Shown in pieces: positions 23,046 through 32,000 of a stretch of 32,000 nucleotides of DNA (the first letter of the stretch is position 1; the number at the start of each line of letters is the position of its first letter). The notes under the pieces are model-generated. The model saw nothing but the letters and a program-made list of their open reading frames with translations, was not told where the DNA came from and searched no databases. The DNA comes from Microcystis aeruginosa NIES-843. GTDB lineage: Bacteria; Cyanobacteriota; Cyanobacteriia; Cyanobacteriales; Microcystaceae. The DNA lies in contig NC_010296.1 of assembly GCF_000010625.1 (NCBI RefSeq), positions 3,630,001-3,662,000 of the forward strand, read 5' to 3'. The position numbers were made by a program, and so were the translations under genes.

Positions 23046-23399
23046 CTAGGGATTACCTGAAAAAAATACTTTCCAACCGGCTGTAGCGATCGCACTTGCC
23101 AAAAGAATAATTAATGTCCAGACCTGATTTTTTTGGGTTCCTTCCACTGATTTTAGGCGATTATCGATTCCCTCAACCTTTTCGGTTAACTTTGCCTGTC
23201 CTACCTCTAGCTTATTTAACCGTTCGTCGATTTTGTCAAATTTTTGGTTAACATCTTTTTGGAAAGTGTCAAATTTTTGGTCAACATCTTTTTGGAGACT
23301 TTCAAATTTTTGGTTAACATCTTTTTGGAGATTGTCAATTTTCCCCTCAATCCTAGTCAAAACAGCTTCTAGGGAATAGGTAACGGTTTCGTTAGACAT
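23046..23399 (-). CDS. Coiled-coil protein with a C-terminal TM anchor (copy B, three QKDVxQKF units)
   Basis: ATG at 23399. Near-identical to copy A apart from one extra 33-nt unit and a different C-terminal tail encoded by a repeat element. The stop codon lies in the MITE target duplication. Confidence 0.65.
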   Translation of the reverse strand: MSNETVTYSLEAVLTRIEGKIDNLQKDVNQKFESLQKDVDQKFDTFQKDVNQKFDKIDERLNKLEVGQAKLTEKVEGIDNRLKSVEGTQKNQVWTLIILLASAIATAGWKVFFSGNP

Positions 23400-23458
23400 G
23401 GTGATCAACTCCCATTAGATCATATTTTCTCGGTCTGCTATCGGGGACTATCTTAAAA

Positions 23459-25273
23459 CTAAACCAGTTCACCGCTTTCTTGTAAAGAGTGGAGACGTTG
23501 ATAGATTCCCTGCTGATTTAATAATTGGTCATGGCTACCGATCTCGACAATGCGACCATTATCCAAAACGACAATTTGATCAGCTTCTCGAACAGTACTG
23601 AGACGGTGGGCGATAATAATCGTGGTGCGAGTGCCTAAGATGGATTTCATGGCTAGTTGAATGGCTCTTTCTGACTCATAATCTAAGCTAGAAGTGGCTT
23701 CATCAAAAACTAACACATCTGGATCAACAATTAACGCCCTAGCAATTCCTAAACGCTGTCTTTGTCCCCCCGAAAGACGCACGCCCCTTTCCCCTACAAT
23801 AGTGGAATAACCATTAGGTAATTCCTGAATAAATTCATCAACACGGGCAATTTTACAGGCTTCTTCTACCTTCTCAAAGCTAATATTAGGATTACCGTAG
23901 GTGAGATTTTCTAACACCGTACCATTAAACACATCTACTTCTTGATGGACAATCGCTAACCGTCGCCGATACCAAGTCACATCCAAGCGACTAATATCCT
24001 CGCCATCTATCAGAATTTGCCCTTGACTCGGTTCAAAATAGCGGAAAAGTAACTTAACTAAAGTGGATTTTCCTGAACCAGATTTTCCCACTAATGCCAC
24101 GGTTTGATAGGGTTCAATCAGAAGATTAATATCCTTTATAATCCTTCTTTCAGGACTATAGCCAAAGCTAAGATTACTTAATTCTACTTTCCCCGTAAAA
24201 TGATAGGGATTGTGTTGGGCATGATCGGCTAAAAGACTACCAGCATCAGTGCCACTAGGCAAGTTGATAAATTCCTGTAAACGTGCCATAGAAGCATAGC
24301 GACGAGCGAAAGTTTCTGCCATTTGGGATAGGGGATCTAATTCCGCATAGGCCATACTAGCGAGGGTATAGGTGGTGATAAAATGCCCGATCGAGATTTT
24401 CTGTTGAACGGTGGCTAGGAGAGTAAAGAAAAATACTCCAAATAAACTAGCTTGGACGAGGGTTTTTTCCCAAGTAATTAAGTCCACATAACCCTTATGA
24501 ATGCGATAGATAACGTAGGTAAATTCTCTCTCTAAACGCTGTTTCTGACGATATAATTCCTGTCCTTCTGTGGCAAAAGCTTTGACAGTTTTGATATTAG
24601 TAATAATCTCAGAATTGCGACTTTGGGTATTTTCGATGTGCTGATCCAGAATTCTTTCTTTTTGCATTAAATCTTTTAAATCTCTCAAAATAAAAGCTAC
24701 AATTAATACAAAAGAAACAACAAAAGCGAGGGCGATCTGCCATTGAATTACCCAAATAACAAGAAAAATACCGAAAACTCTAAACAATTTTGGGATCATC
24801 ATTCCCGCCACTTCGGGATAAGTCCAAGTATGATTTTCTATCCCTTTGGCGATCCGGTTAGCGATGCGTCCTGGATTATTTTCATCGTAAAAAGATAGGG
24901 GTAAGGTGAGAATTTTGGCAATAATTTTGTTGAGATGATCTCGTCGCGCTCTTAAGGATATTTCCCAGTGAAACCATACACCCAGCCAAGGCTGAATTGG
25001 TGCTTTAATTACCGTGGTTAGGAAAATTAAGCCTAATAATACTGCCAAACTAACCCACTTTTCTGAGGCAAAGGGAGTTAAAACCATGGTGCGATCGACC
25101 AAAGATTGCACGAATCCATCTAAAGGTTGATCGGAAAGAACATTAAGAATCTGTCCGACAGCGTAGGGAACCATCAGATCGATAATTTCAAAGACGCTGG
25201 ATGCAGCAATGCTCAAAAAGGCGGCTTTTTGATAATTGCGATAGTAACTGAGAATATCGCGTAAGGAAGCCAT
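23459..25273 (-). CDS. ABC exporter, fused permease/ATPase (MsbA-like half transporter)
   Basis: Six-TM N-terminal half, Walker A GKSGSGKST, signature LSGGQRQR, Walker B LVFDEATS. Confidence 0.9.
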   Translation of the reverse strand: MASLRDILSYYRNYQKAAFLSIAASSVFEIIDLMVPYAVGQILNVLSDQPLDGFVQSLVDRTMVLTPFASEKWVSLAVLLGLIFLTTVIKAPIQPWLGVWFHWEISLRARRDHLNKIIAKILTLPLSFYDENNPGRIANRIAKGIENHTWTYPEVAGMMIPKLFRVFGIFLVIWVIQWQIALAFVVSFVLIVAFILRDLKDLMQKERILDQHIENTQSRNSEIITNIKTVKAFATEGQELYRQKQRLEREFTYVIYRIHKGYVDLITWEKTLVQASLFGVFFFTLLATVQQKISIGHFITTYTLASMAYAELDPLSQMAETFARRYASMARLQEFINLPSGTDAGSLLADHAQHNPYHFTGKVELSNLSFGYSPERRIIKDINLLIEPYQTVALVGKSGSGKSTLVKLLFRYFEPSQGQILIDGEDISRLDVTWYRRRLAIVHQEVDVFNGTVLENLTYGNPNISFEKVEEACKIARVDEFIQELPNGYSTIVGERGVRLSGGQRQRLGIARALIVDPDVLVFDEATSSLDYESERAIQLAMKSILGTRTTIIIAHRLSTVREADQIVVLDNGRIVEIGSHDQLLNQQGIYQRLHSLQESGELV

Positions 25274-25587
25274 AACATCAAGTAAATTGCCAATTTTTAA
25301 CTTCTATCTGGTAACTGCTAACTGAAGAGACTAAAGGCACTTTTGGGATTGTTTTTCTGGAGTTACCATTATACTACAATACTACAAAAATCTGCCGACC
25401 TAGAAATTTATAGGACAAAAGCCTTGTCATAGTCTTGTATTCTCAATCAGCTATTAGTCAGGAGACGATGCCAGATCAGCTTATATTTCATCCTTGGCAG
25501 AAGCACCACAGATCAATTTATCGGAAATTTTGGCGAATATTATCACAAAAATTAATAAATTTCTGAAAGGTTTTTAAGTGTTCGGTT

Positions 25588-25656
25588 TTATCGATACGCT
25601 GTATTATAAAGCTTTTTTTCGGTACTTCTTCCTTCAACTAAAAAATAAATATTCAT
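25588..25656 (-). pseudogene. 22-codon remnant of a Toprim-like (RloB/DUF4276-type EGxxTE) partner gene
   Basis: ATG 3 nt after the ATPase stop. It reads MNIYFLVEGRSTEKKLYNTAYR then TAA. No long ORF follows in any frame down to 25274. Confidence 0.4.
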
Positions 25657-25659
25657 CGA

Positions 25660-26838
25660 TTAACTAATTCCTTGGGGAAATTCTTCTAAGACATTGATAA
25701 GATCAATAAAGGCTTTTTGTCGAGTTTTAGAAATATGAAAATCAGCTGCATTGTGTACCTGAATTACTCCTCCTTTACGAGTGACTATTTTCCAATAGGC
25801 AGGACTGATATTATTAATTATATAGGGATGATGACTGGTAATAATAAACTGTAAATCTCGATAATTAACTAATAAATCTTCTGTTAAAGTGTCCAAACAG
25901 TTAACCCCCAAACTATTTTCAAATTCATCGATTAATATAACGCTCCCATCAGGAGATAATTCGATCGTTGCTAAGAACATCAGGCTTTTTATCATTCCAG
26001 AGGAGATATTTGGTTCTACAATCCAGACATGAGAGTTTTTTTCTTTTATTTGTACGCGAGGTGGCTCTTCAAGTAAAACAATTCTATTTGATGAAACAAT
26101 CAGATCACCTAGTTTCAATGGTTCTAAAAATTCTATTTTTAAATCTTCAACTTGAGGAAAAATATCTAAAAACTTTCTCTTTATTATCTCGAACGTATCG
26201 GGATATTTTTGATATGTGATCAGTAGTTTGTCAGAAATAGGAAGTTGACTCGATTGTAATTCAGAGAGAGAGTTATATTTGGCATATTCGTCGTTTTCCA
26301 AGATTTTATCAACTGCTGAATATGAGATATTAAACTCAAGTGGATTGAAAATCATTTTGTTAAATTCCTGTCGAACAGGGAAAACATCTTCTTCTTGATT
26401 GAAAAGCTCTATACAGCTTAAATAAGATGGTAGTTTTGGTGTCTTTGAATGTTTAAACTCAATTACCTCTTGATTTCTTGCGATCAAAACCTCTTGATCT
26501 TTTAAAAGAGTTTCACTAATTATACTAACCCTATTTTCGCCGTCATTACCATTGACTTCATCTTCTTCAATCTTGATGAGAGAACGAGCTTTTCTAACCT
26601 CAAATTCACCCAACCAATGATAACGAACATGATCATTGGTTAAAAGTTCTACATCCCATTTGACTCCATTTATAGACTCACCGTTAGCGATTCTTTTTAA
26701 ATTACTAATAGCCTTTAAAATCGAGGTTTTTCCTGCACCTGAGATACCAACTAATAAATTCAAATCTGGAAAAAATTTGCAAGAATCTATACTTAATCCA
26801 GAGGATAAATCTTGATAGGATAATCTCAAAAGTTTCAT
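25660..26838 (-). CDS. ABC-type AAA ATPase (AAA_21/AAA_15-like), 392 aa
   Basis: Walker A GISGAGKTS, Walker B ILIDEFENSLG, and IITSHHPYII in place of the usual THSP motif. The coding sequence is AT-rich relative to its neighbours. Confidence 0.75.
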   Translation of the reverse strand: MKLLRLSYQDLSSGLSIDSCKFFPDLNLLVGISGAGKTSILKAISNLKRIANGESINGVKWDVELLTNDHVRYHWLGEFEVRKARSLIKIEEDEVNGNDGENRVSIISETLLKDQEVLIARNQEVIEFKHSKTPKLPSYLSCIELFNQEEDVFPVRQEFNKMIFNPLEFNISYSAVDKILENDEYAKYNSLSELQSSQLPISDKLLITYQKYPDTFEIIKRKFLDIFPQVEDLKIEFLEPLKLGDLIVSSNRIVLLEEPPRVQIKEKNSHVWIVEPNISSGMIKSLMFLATIELSPDGSVILIDEFENSLGVNCLDTLTEDLLVNYRDLQFIITSHHPYIINNISPAYWKIVTRKGGVIQVHNAADFHISKTRQKAFIDLINVLEEFPQGIS

Positions 26839-26860
26839 AATAATTCCCCACTGCCAAAAC

Positions 26861-26887
26861 TAAAAAGGGTGAGGATTAACTCACCCT
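26861..26887 (-). terminator. Rho-independent terminator of lepA
   Basis: Minus strand: AGGGTGAG-TTAATC-CTCACCCT followed by TTTTTAG, 8 nt after the lepA stop and only 22 nt before the AAA ATPase ATG. Confidence 0.75.
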
Positions 26888-26894
26888 CTAGACT

Positions 26895-28706
26895 TTACTG
26901 AGGATCGAGTTTTAGGACTGCCATAAATGCCTCCTGGGGTACATCAACAGTTCCGATCGCTTTCATCCGTTTCTTCCCTTTTGCTTGCTTGTCTAACAGC
27001 TTTTTCTTGCGGCTAATATCACCACCATAACACTTAGCTAAGACATCCTTTCTTAAAGCGGGAATATGTTCACTAGCGATAATTTTAGAACCAATAGCTG
27101 CTTGAATGGGAACCTTAAATTGATGCCGGGGAATTAACTCTTTTAACTTTTCAGTTAAAGCGCGACCAACATAATAAGCTTTATCCCGGTGAACGATCAT
27201 CGCTAAAGCATCAACGGGATCACCATTGACCATAATATCTAATTTAACTAGCTCATTTTCCCGATAGCCAATTAATTGATATTCCATACTAGCATAACCG
27301 CGCGATCGAGATTTTAATTGATCAAAAAAGTCTGTCACCACTTCCGCTAAAGGTAACTCATAAATCAAAGCGGTGCGAGTTTTAGTAAAATAACGCATAT
27401 CCTTGAAAACTCCCCGACGACTTTGACATAATTCCATCAAAGCGCCTACATAGGTTTCCGGAGTAATCATTTCCACTTGGATATAAGGTTCCTCAATTTT
27501 TTCCCGTTTTTGTGGGGAAGGTAACAAACTAGGATTATCCACCTCGACAATTTCGCCATCGGTGGTAGTGACCTGATAAACTACCGAGGGAGCAGTGGTA
27601 ATTAAATCTAAGTTATATTCCCTTTCTAGTCTTTCCTGGACGATTTCCATGTGTAGCAGTCCCAAGAAACCGCAACGGAAACCAAAACCCATGGCACTAG
27701 AAGTTTCCGGTTCGTAGGATAGAGCTGCATCGTTTAATTTTAACTTTTCCAGCGCATCTTTGAGATCGGCGTACTGATCAGCATCGGTGGGGAATAATCC
27801 GCAGAAAACCATCGGTTTTGCTTCTGTATAACCGGGTAAAGGCTCTTGTGCTGGTTTAGCGGTTAGAGTAATCGTATCACCCACCCGGGCATCAGCGACG
27901 GTTTTAATCGCGGCTGCCAGATAACCCACTTCTCCCGCGTGCAGTTCATTTACCTGTACCTGTTGCGGTGATAAAATTCCCAATTCATCGATCACAAATT
28001 CTTTACCAGAAGCCATAAAACGAATTTTATCGCCCTTTTTCACCCGACCATCCATGACGCGGAAATAGACAATTACTCCTCGATAAGCGTCGTAATAACT
28101 ATCAAAAATTAAAGCTCGGAAGGGTTCTTCGAGGGTATCTTGGGGAGGGGGAACTAATTGGACGATCGACTCTAGAATATCATTAATACCGATCCCAGCC
28201 TTAGCCGAGGCCCGAATCGCCTCACTACAGTCTAAACCCACCACTTCCTCGATTTCCGCCGCGACTCGTTCCGGTTCGGCACTGGGTAGGTCGATTTTAT
28301 TTAAAACTGGGATAATTTCGAGGTTATTTTCCAGTGCTAGGTAAACATTGGCTAAAGTTTGCGCCTCTACTCCTTGGGACGCATCCACAACTAATAAAGC
28401 TCCCTCGCACGCCGCTAGAGACCGAGAAACCTCGTAGGAAAAATCCACATGGCCGGGGGTATCAATCAGATTAAGAACGTATTTTTGACCATCCTTAGCG
28501 GTATAATCCATGCGTGCCGCCTGTAACTTGATGGTGATACCTCGTTCCCGTTCCAAGTCCATATTATCGAGAAATTGTTCTTTCATCTCCCGTTGGGCTA
28601 CGGTTCCCGTAATTTGCAGGAGGCGATCGGCGAGAGTTGATTTACCATGATCGATATGAGCGATGATGGAAAAATTGCGAATGCGAGAAACGGGAACGTC
28701 AGTCAT
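26895..28706 (-). CDS. lepA: Elongation factor 4 (LepA)
   Basis: [34 protein letters not shown], and full-length colinearity at 603 aa. Confidence 0.95.
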   Translation of the reverse strand: MTDVPVSRIRNFSIIAHIDHGKSTLADRLLQITGTVAQREMKEQFLDNMDLERERGITIKLQAARMDYTAKDGQKYVLNLIDTPGHVDFSYEVSRSLAACEGALLVVDASQGVEAQTLANVYLALENNLEIIPVLNKIDLPSAEPERVAAEIEEVVGLDCSEAIRASAKAGIGINDILESIVQLVPPPQDTLEEPFRALIFDSYYDAYRGVIVYFRVMDGRVKKGDKIRFMASGKEFVIDELGILSPQQVQVNELHAGEVGYLAAAIKTVADARVGDTITLTAKPAQEPLPGYTEAKPMVFCGLFPTDADQYADLKDALEKLKLNDAALSYEPETSSAMGFGFRCGFLGLLHMEIVQERLEREYNLDLITTAPSVVYQVTTTDGEIVEVDNPSLLPSPQKREKIEEPYIQVEMITPETYVGALMELCQSRRGVFKDMRYFTKTRTALIYELPLAEVVTDFFDQLKSRSRGYASMEYQLIGYRENELVKLDIMVNGDPVDALAMIVHRDKAYYVGRALTEKLKELIPRHQFKVPIQAAIGSKIIASEHIPALRKDVLAKCYGGDISRKKKLLDKQAKGKKRMKAIGTVDVPQEAFMAVLKLDPQ

Positions 28707-29039
28707 CGTGGTTCACTGTTGGCAAAAGTCAGGGGTTTATAAAATTTTAGATTCCTTAATTCATTGTAGAGGTAAAGTCTCTAAGGCTGGAGCAAAAGCG
28801 AAAAGTAAAAGGTAAAAAAAGCTAAACTGCAAGTATAGTCAGGGTTTTGGCCTTGGCTTCCCCTCTCGGCATCCACAGGAAACTATGGTAGGCTTGATTA
28901 TGGGGACAAAATCAGGGAAAGAGCAATGGCTAAGGAAAAGCTCTATGATTTGTCCAAATCGGATTACTATAGATAAACTCTTGGATGAGAATCCTCGACT
29001 GACGGGTAGAATGATAGATAGCAATCATTAATAGAGCTT

Positions 29040-29270
29040 ATGAACGACAATGCTACACCGACTCAGCGCACGGCGGAGAAAGTTGAAATCGCTATTCACC
29101 TTGACTCGGAAGTTTTAGAACAGATTAAACACCTGACTAACGATCCTAGTCGCATTATCGAAACAGCGATTAAACAGTGGCTAAGAGGAGAGAAACAACC
29201 GGATGAGGACTTAACCCGTCATCTTCGACGCAATCCCCCCGTACCACCCAAAGGGGAATGGAATGACTAA
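29040..29270 (+). CDS. Small ribbon-helix-helix-like protein
   Basis: VEIAIHLDSEVLEQIKHLTNDPSRIIETAIKQWL fits a strand-helix-helix pattern. The fold call is by eye only. Confidence 0.45.
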   Translation: MNDNATPTQRTAEKVEIAIHLDSEVLEQIKHLTNDPSRIIETAIKQWLRGEKQPDEDLTRHLRRNPPVPPKGEWND

Positions 29271-29481
29271 GATTTTTCAGTCTCTAATAGGTTATTTCCC
29301 GACGGAGAGACTGAAATATTTTCTTAGGTCAACCATTGATGGTAATTGAGATTTTTCCCCAACTAAGCTGGTTAATAGTAGTATTGCCTGTAACAGCAAC
29401 GCAACGGTTTAAGCTATTTACCTACTGCTCTGGTTTGCAGTAGGCTTAGTTGTCGTGTAACCCATAGGTGTATAGATTATT

Positions 29482-31248
29482 ATGCCGTTGAATAAACAGG
29501 CTATCTTAGATGACATTTTTCGCAAAGCACCACCGTTGAACTCTGAGGACGACTGTGCTGAGAATGTTGTTATTCCTTTCATAATGAGGCTTGGTTACGA
29601 CAGGAACCAGATACGTCGAAAAGTCTCAATCACTGGAACTTCAGGACATAGATTTAGAAAGCAAGCTGATATCGTTGTTTATATTGGGGAACGTCCGGCT
29701 CTTGTGGTTGAAACCAAGCGTATTCAGCATCGATTGAGCGAGGAGGATGTTAACCAAGCGCTTTCCTATGCTCAACTTCTTGAACCATCTACACCAATTG
29801 CAGTTCTGACTAATGGACGTGATTGGGAGATTTATTATTTGGATAGAGACGATATTGGCGGATTAGAATCCGTTCCTGAACCGCAAGAGCTTGAAAGCAC
29901 AATACTTACTGTCTCTAGCAATGTAGTTCAATTGGAAAAGCGACAAGCTGCTGAGCGACTTTTAGTAACTATTGAAAATAAAGGTGACTTAGAAATAGCA
30001 TTTAGGGAATGTCGAAAAGAGTTAGCTAAAGAAGGACTCATTGCCGAGTCTGCATTTGATGAGCTAACTAAAATTCTCACTTGTAAGTTTAACGAAGAGA
30101 AAAGAGATGCTGAAGGCCTTGCACCCAATCGCTTTACATCTTCCTGGCTTCTTGGCAGTGGACCTCTAGCTGCTTTACAGCAAATGTTTACTGACGCAAA
30201 ACAGACTTTTAATGTATTCCCTACGGGAACTCAAATTCAAATTAGAAGCAACGAAACTGTTGAAAAAATTGTTCGTGAATTAGAGCCTTTTGGTCTTTAT
30301 GGTTTTAAGACACCACTTGGCTTGGCTGGAGCAGGAGGAGATGTAGTTGGTTCTGTTTATGAGGCCTTTCTTACTGGAACACTCCGAGGGGACTTAGGAC
30401 AGTATTTAACCCCAAGACAATTAGTTGAGTTCATGGTTGAGATAGCTGATATAAAAATTGGAGAAAAAGTCCTTGATTTATCATGCGGAAGTGGTGGCTT
30501 TCTTATTAGAGCGTTTATTAATGTCCGCAAAAAAATTCGATTTCTTGATTCTAGCCAAGATGAAAAAGATCATTTAGTTAGTAATCTTGTCACGAATAAT
30601 CTATGGGGAATTGAGATAAATCCTCGGTTAGCCACTTTATGTCGAATAAATATGATTTTACATGGTGATGGCTATGAACATATTTATACAGGAGATTCAA
30701 TTAGAGAAGATGTTTTTGAGAATACAGATGGACGCAGAACTGATTTTTTAAATATTGAGCAAAATAACGCAGCAATGTTTGATGTAATTCTCATTAATCC
30801 CCCGTTCAATATACCCTATGAAGATTCTGCTACTTTAAACCGGTATTATCTAGGACGAGGTAAAGCTGCTCAAGGTTCAGACTATTTGGTTCTTGAGAGA
30901 GCAATTCGACTATTAAAGCCTGAAACTGGACGTTTGCTAGTTATTTTGCCCCATGGTGTTGCCAGCGGAGTTTCCGAGACTGAAGTTCGCAACTTTGTGA
31001 AATCTCGTACACATATTCATGGTTGTATAAGCTTACCTGTCGGATCATTTAAGCCGTTTGGGGGGTCTAATGCTAGAACCTGTGTTTTGTATCTCAAGAA
31101 GACTACTGGAGACAATAAAAAGCGTTTTTTAGCACAAGCAGAACACGTTGGCTATGACATTACCTCAAAATATTATAGAGAAACTGATCTCAATGATTTA
31201 CCTGTTATCGCGGAAGCCTATCATAGAGTAAAACTAGAATTGCAATGA
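29482..31248 (+). CDS. Fusion of an HsdR-N-type PD-(D/E)xK domain with a gamma-class N6-adenine DNA methyltransferase
   Basis: N-terminal ADIVVYIGERPALVVETK...LTNGRDWEIY has D...E-x-K and HsdR_N-like features. Methyltransferase motif I is VLDLSCGSGGFLI and motif IV is LINPPFN. Confidence 0.8.
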   Translation: MPLNKQAILDDIFRKAPPLNSEDDCAENVVIPFIMRLGYDRNQIRRKVSITGTSGHRFRKQADIVVYIGERPALVVETKRIQHRLSEEDVNQALSYAQLLEPSTPIAVLTNGRDWEIYYLDRDDIGGLESVPEPQELESTILTVSSNVVQLEKRQAAERLLVTIENKGDLEIAFRECRKELAKEGLIAESAFDELTKILTCKFNEEKRDAEGLAPNRFTSSWLLGSGPLAALQQMFTDAKQTFNVFPTGTQIQIRSNETVEKIVRELEPFGLYGFKTPLGLAGAGGDVVGSVYEAFLTGTLRGDLGQYLTPRQLVEFMVEIADIKIGEKVLDLSCGSGGFLIRAFINVRKKIRFLDSSQDEKDHLVSNLVTNNLWGIEINPRLATLCRINMILHGDGYEHIYTGDSIREDVFENTDGRRTDFLNIEQNNAAMFDVILINPPFNIPYEDSATLNRYYLGRGKAAQGSDYLVLERAIRLLKPETGRLLVILPHGVASGVSETEVRNFVKSRTHIHGCISLPVGSFKPFGGSNARTCVLYLKKTTGDNKKRFLAQAEHVGYDITSKYYRETDLNDLPVIAEAYHRVKLELQ

Positions 31249-31967
31249 CTATCGAGTTAATTAAACCAGACCCTTTAATATTAACAATCACTGAAGAATC
31301 AGCCCGTAGTATCGATACAGTTGATGCTGGTGCAGCTTATACACAATATTTGCATGAGCAAATAGGTGAGTTTGAACAGCAGCCTTTAGGAAACTTTGTA
31401 GATGTTGTATCAAGAAGCGTTAATCCACGCTCTAGTAGATATGCTGGTCAAATATTTGAATATATAGATTTACGAGAAGTAGATGATATTTATGGCTATA
31501 TATTAACTCTTAAACTTAATCAAGGAAATGAGATTGGAAGTACAAAACATCGCTTTCAAAAGAATGACATTCTCTTCGCCAAGATCATGCCCAGCTTGGC
31601 CAACAAAAAGATTGCGCTAGTAACTCAAGATGTAACTAACGCAGTAGCTTCAACTGAATTTATTGTTTTGCGAAAAAAATCACAAGCCGAGATTAATCTT
31701 TATTACCTTTTTCGGGCTTTACGTTCTGATCATTTTACCCGACAAGCGACAGCAAACGTTACTGGTGCAACGGGGCGACAGAGAATTAGCCCGTCTAGAT
31801 TACTAGAATTACAAATAATTGTTCCCCCAGAAGAGATTCAAACACAAATTGGAGATGCTGTCGAACAAGAGTTTACGCTAAGGACATTGGCGGCAGAACA
31901 ATCAAAGAAAGCTGATGACTTAGCTCAGCTTGTACTTGGTAATCTAACTCTTAGAACCGACAGCTAG
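31245..31967 (+). CDS. hsdS: Half-size restriction-modification specificity subunit (single TRD, HsdS-like)
   Basis: ATGA overlap with the upstream gene. DILFAKIMPSLANKKIALV...ASTEFIVLR is a TRD pattern, followed by a C-terminal conserved coiled helix. Confidence 0.75.
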   Translation: MTIELIKPDPLILTITEESARSIDTVDAGAAYTQYLHEQIGEFEQQPLGNFVDVVSRSVNPRSSRYAGQIFEYIDLREVDDIYGYILTLKLNQGNEIGSTKHRFQKNDILFAKIMPSLANKKIALVTQDVTNAVASTEFIVLRKKSQAEINLYYLFRALRSDHFTRQATANVTGATGRQRISPSRLLELQIIVPPEEIQTQIGDAVEQEFTLRTLAAEQSKKADDLAQLVLGNLTLRTDS

Positions 31968-32000
31968 AAAGCGCGGAAGGTAGGTTGGGTTGACGACTGT

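Noticed and set aside
25360-25385. TATAAT box with direct repeat TGTAGTAT TGTAGTAT as the promoter of the ABC exporter
   Set aside because: A -10-like hexamer is visible, but no acceptable -35 lies at 17 +/- 1 nt. This is too weak to annotate without transcript-start data.
25968-26219. Plus-strand ORF 25968..26219
   Set aside because: It is antisense to the AAA ATPase in AT-rich sequence.
28839-29024. Minus-strand ORF 28839..29024
   Set aside because: It sits in the lepA upstream intergenic region, with no SD and an implausible composition. It most likely overlaps divergent promoter sequence.
29928-30128. Minus-strand ORF 29928..30128
   Set aside because: It is antisense to the nuclease-methyltransferase gene.

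Overview
The window looks like a cyanobacterial chromosome segment. HIP1 octamers (GCGATCGC) occur throughout, there are heptanucleotide STRR-like tracts, and the load of MITEs and small palindromic repeats is very high. The repeat flavour suggests Microcystis, but that is inference only. Housekeeping genes: recQ-family helicase, DUF3285-like/ybeY/dgkA operon, SAM methyltransferase, hemB, a P-type cation ATPase, an ABC exporter and lepA. Between them sit five visibly AT-richer accessory islands. (1) 1-5.3 kb: a toxin-antitoxin-like island. It holds three copies of an uncharacterised two-gene cassette (91-aa protein plus retropepsin-like aspartyl protease, with ATGA-coupled starts), one of them split by an IS630 element. 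It also holds a DUF433/DUF5615 pair and a DUF2442/DUF4160 pair. (2) 5.36-7.04 kb: a Cys/Ala/Gly-rich small peptide, a hairpin terminator, an H-D-S serine protease and a stand-alone prodomain-like protein. This is my best candidate for an undescribed peptide-maturation or bacteriocin-like system. (3) 13.7-15.6 kb: a Septu-like PtuA ATPase plus PtuB HNH pair. (4) 25.3-26.9 kb: an ABC-type AAA ATPase inserted right after the lepA terminator, with only a 22-codon remnant of a Toprim-like partner. (5) 29.5-32 kb: a fused PD-ExK nuclease/N6-methyltransferase plus a half-size HsdS. Many accessory genes carry lesions readable directly in the sequence: in-frame stops, 1-nt frameshifts and an IS insertion. 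Several MITEs can be delimited exactly because filled and empty sites both occur in the window. No tRNA, rRNA or CRISPR array was seen. All family names come from reading motifs by eye; no database search was run.
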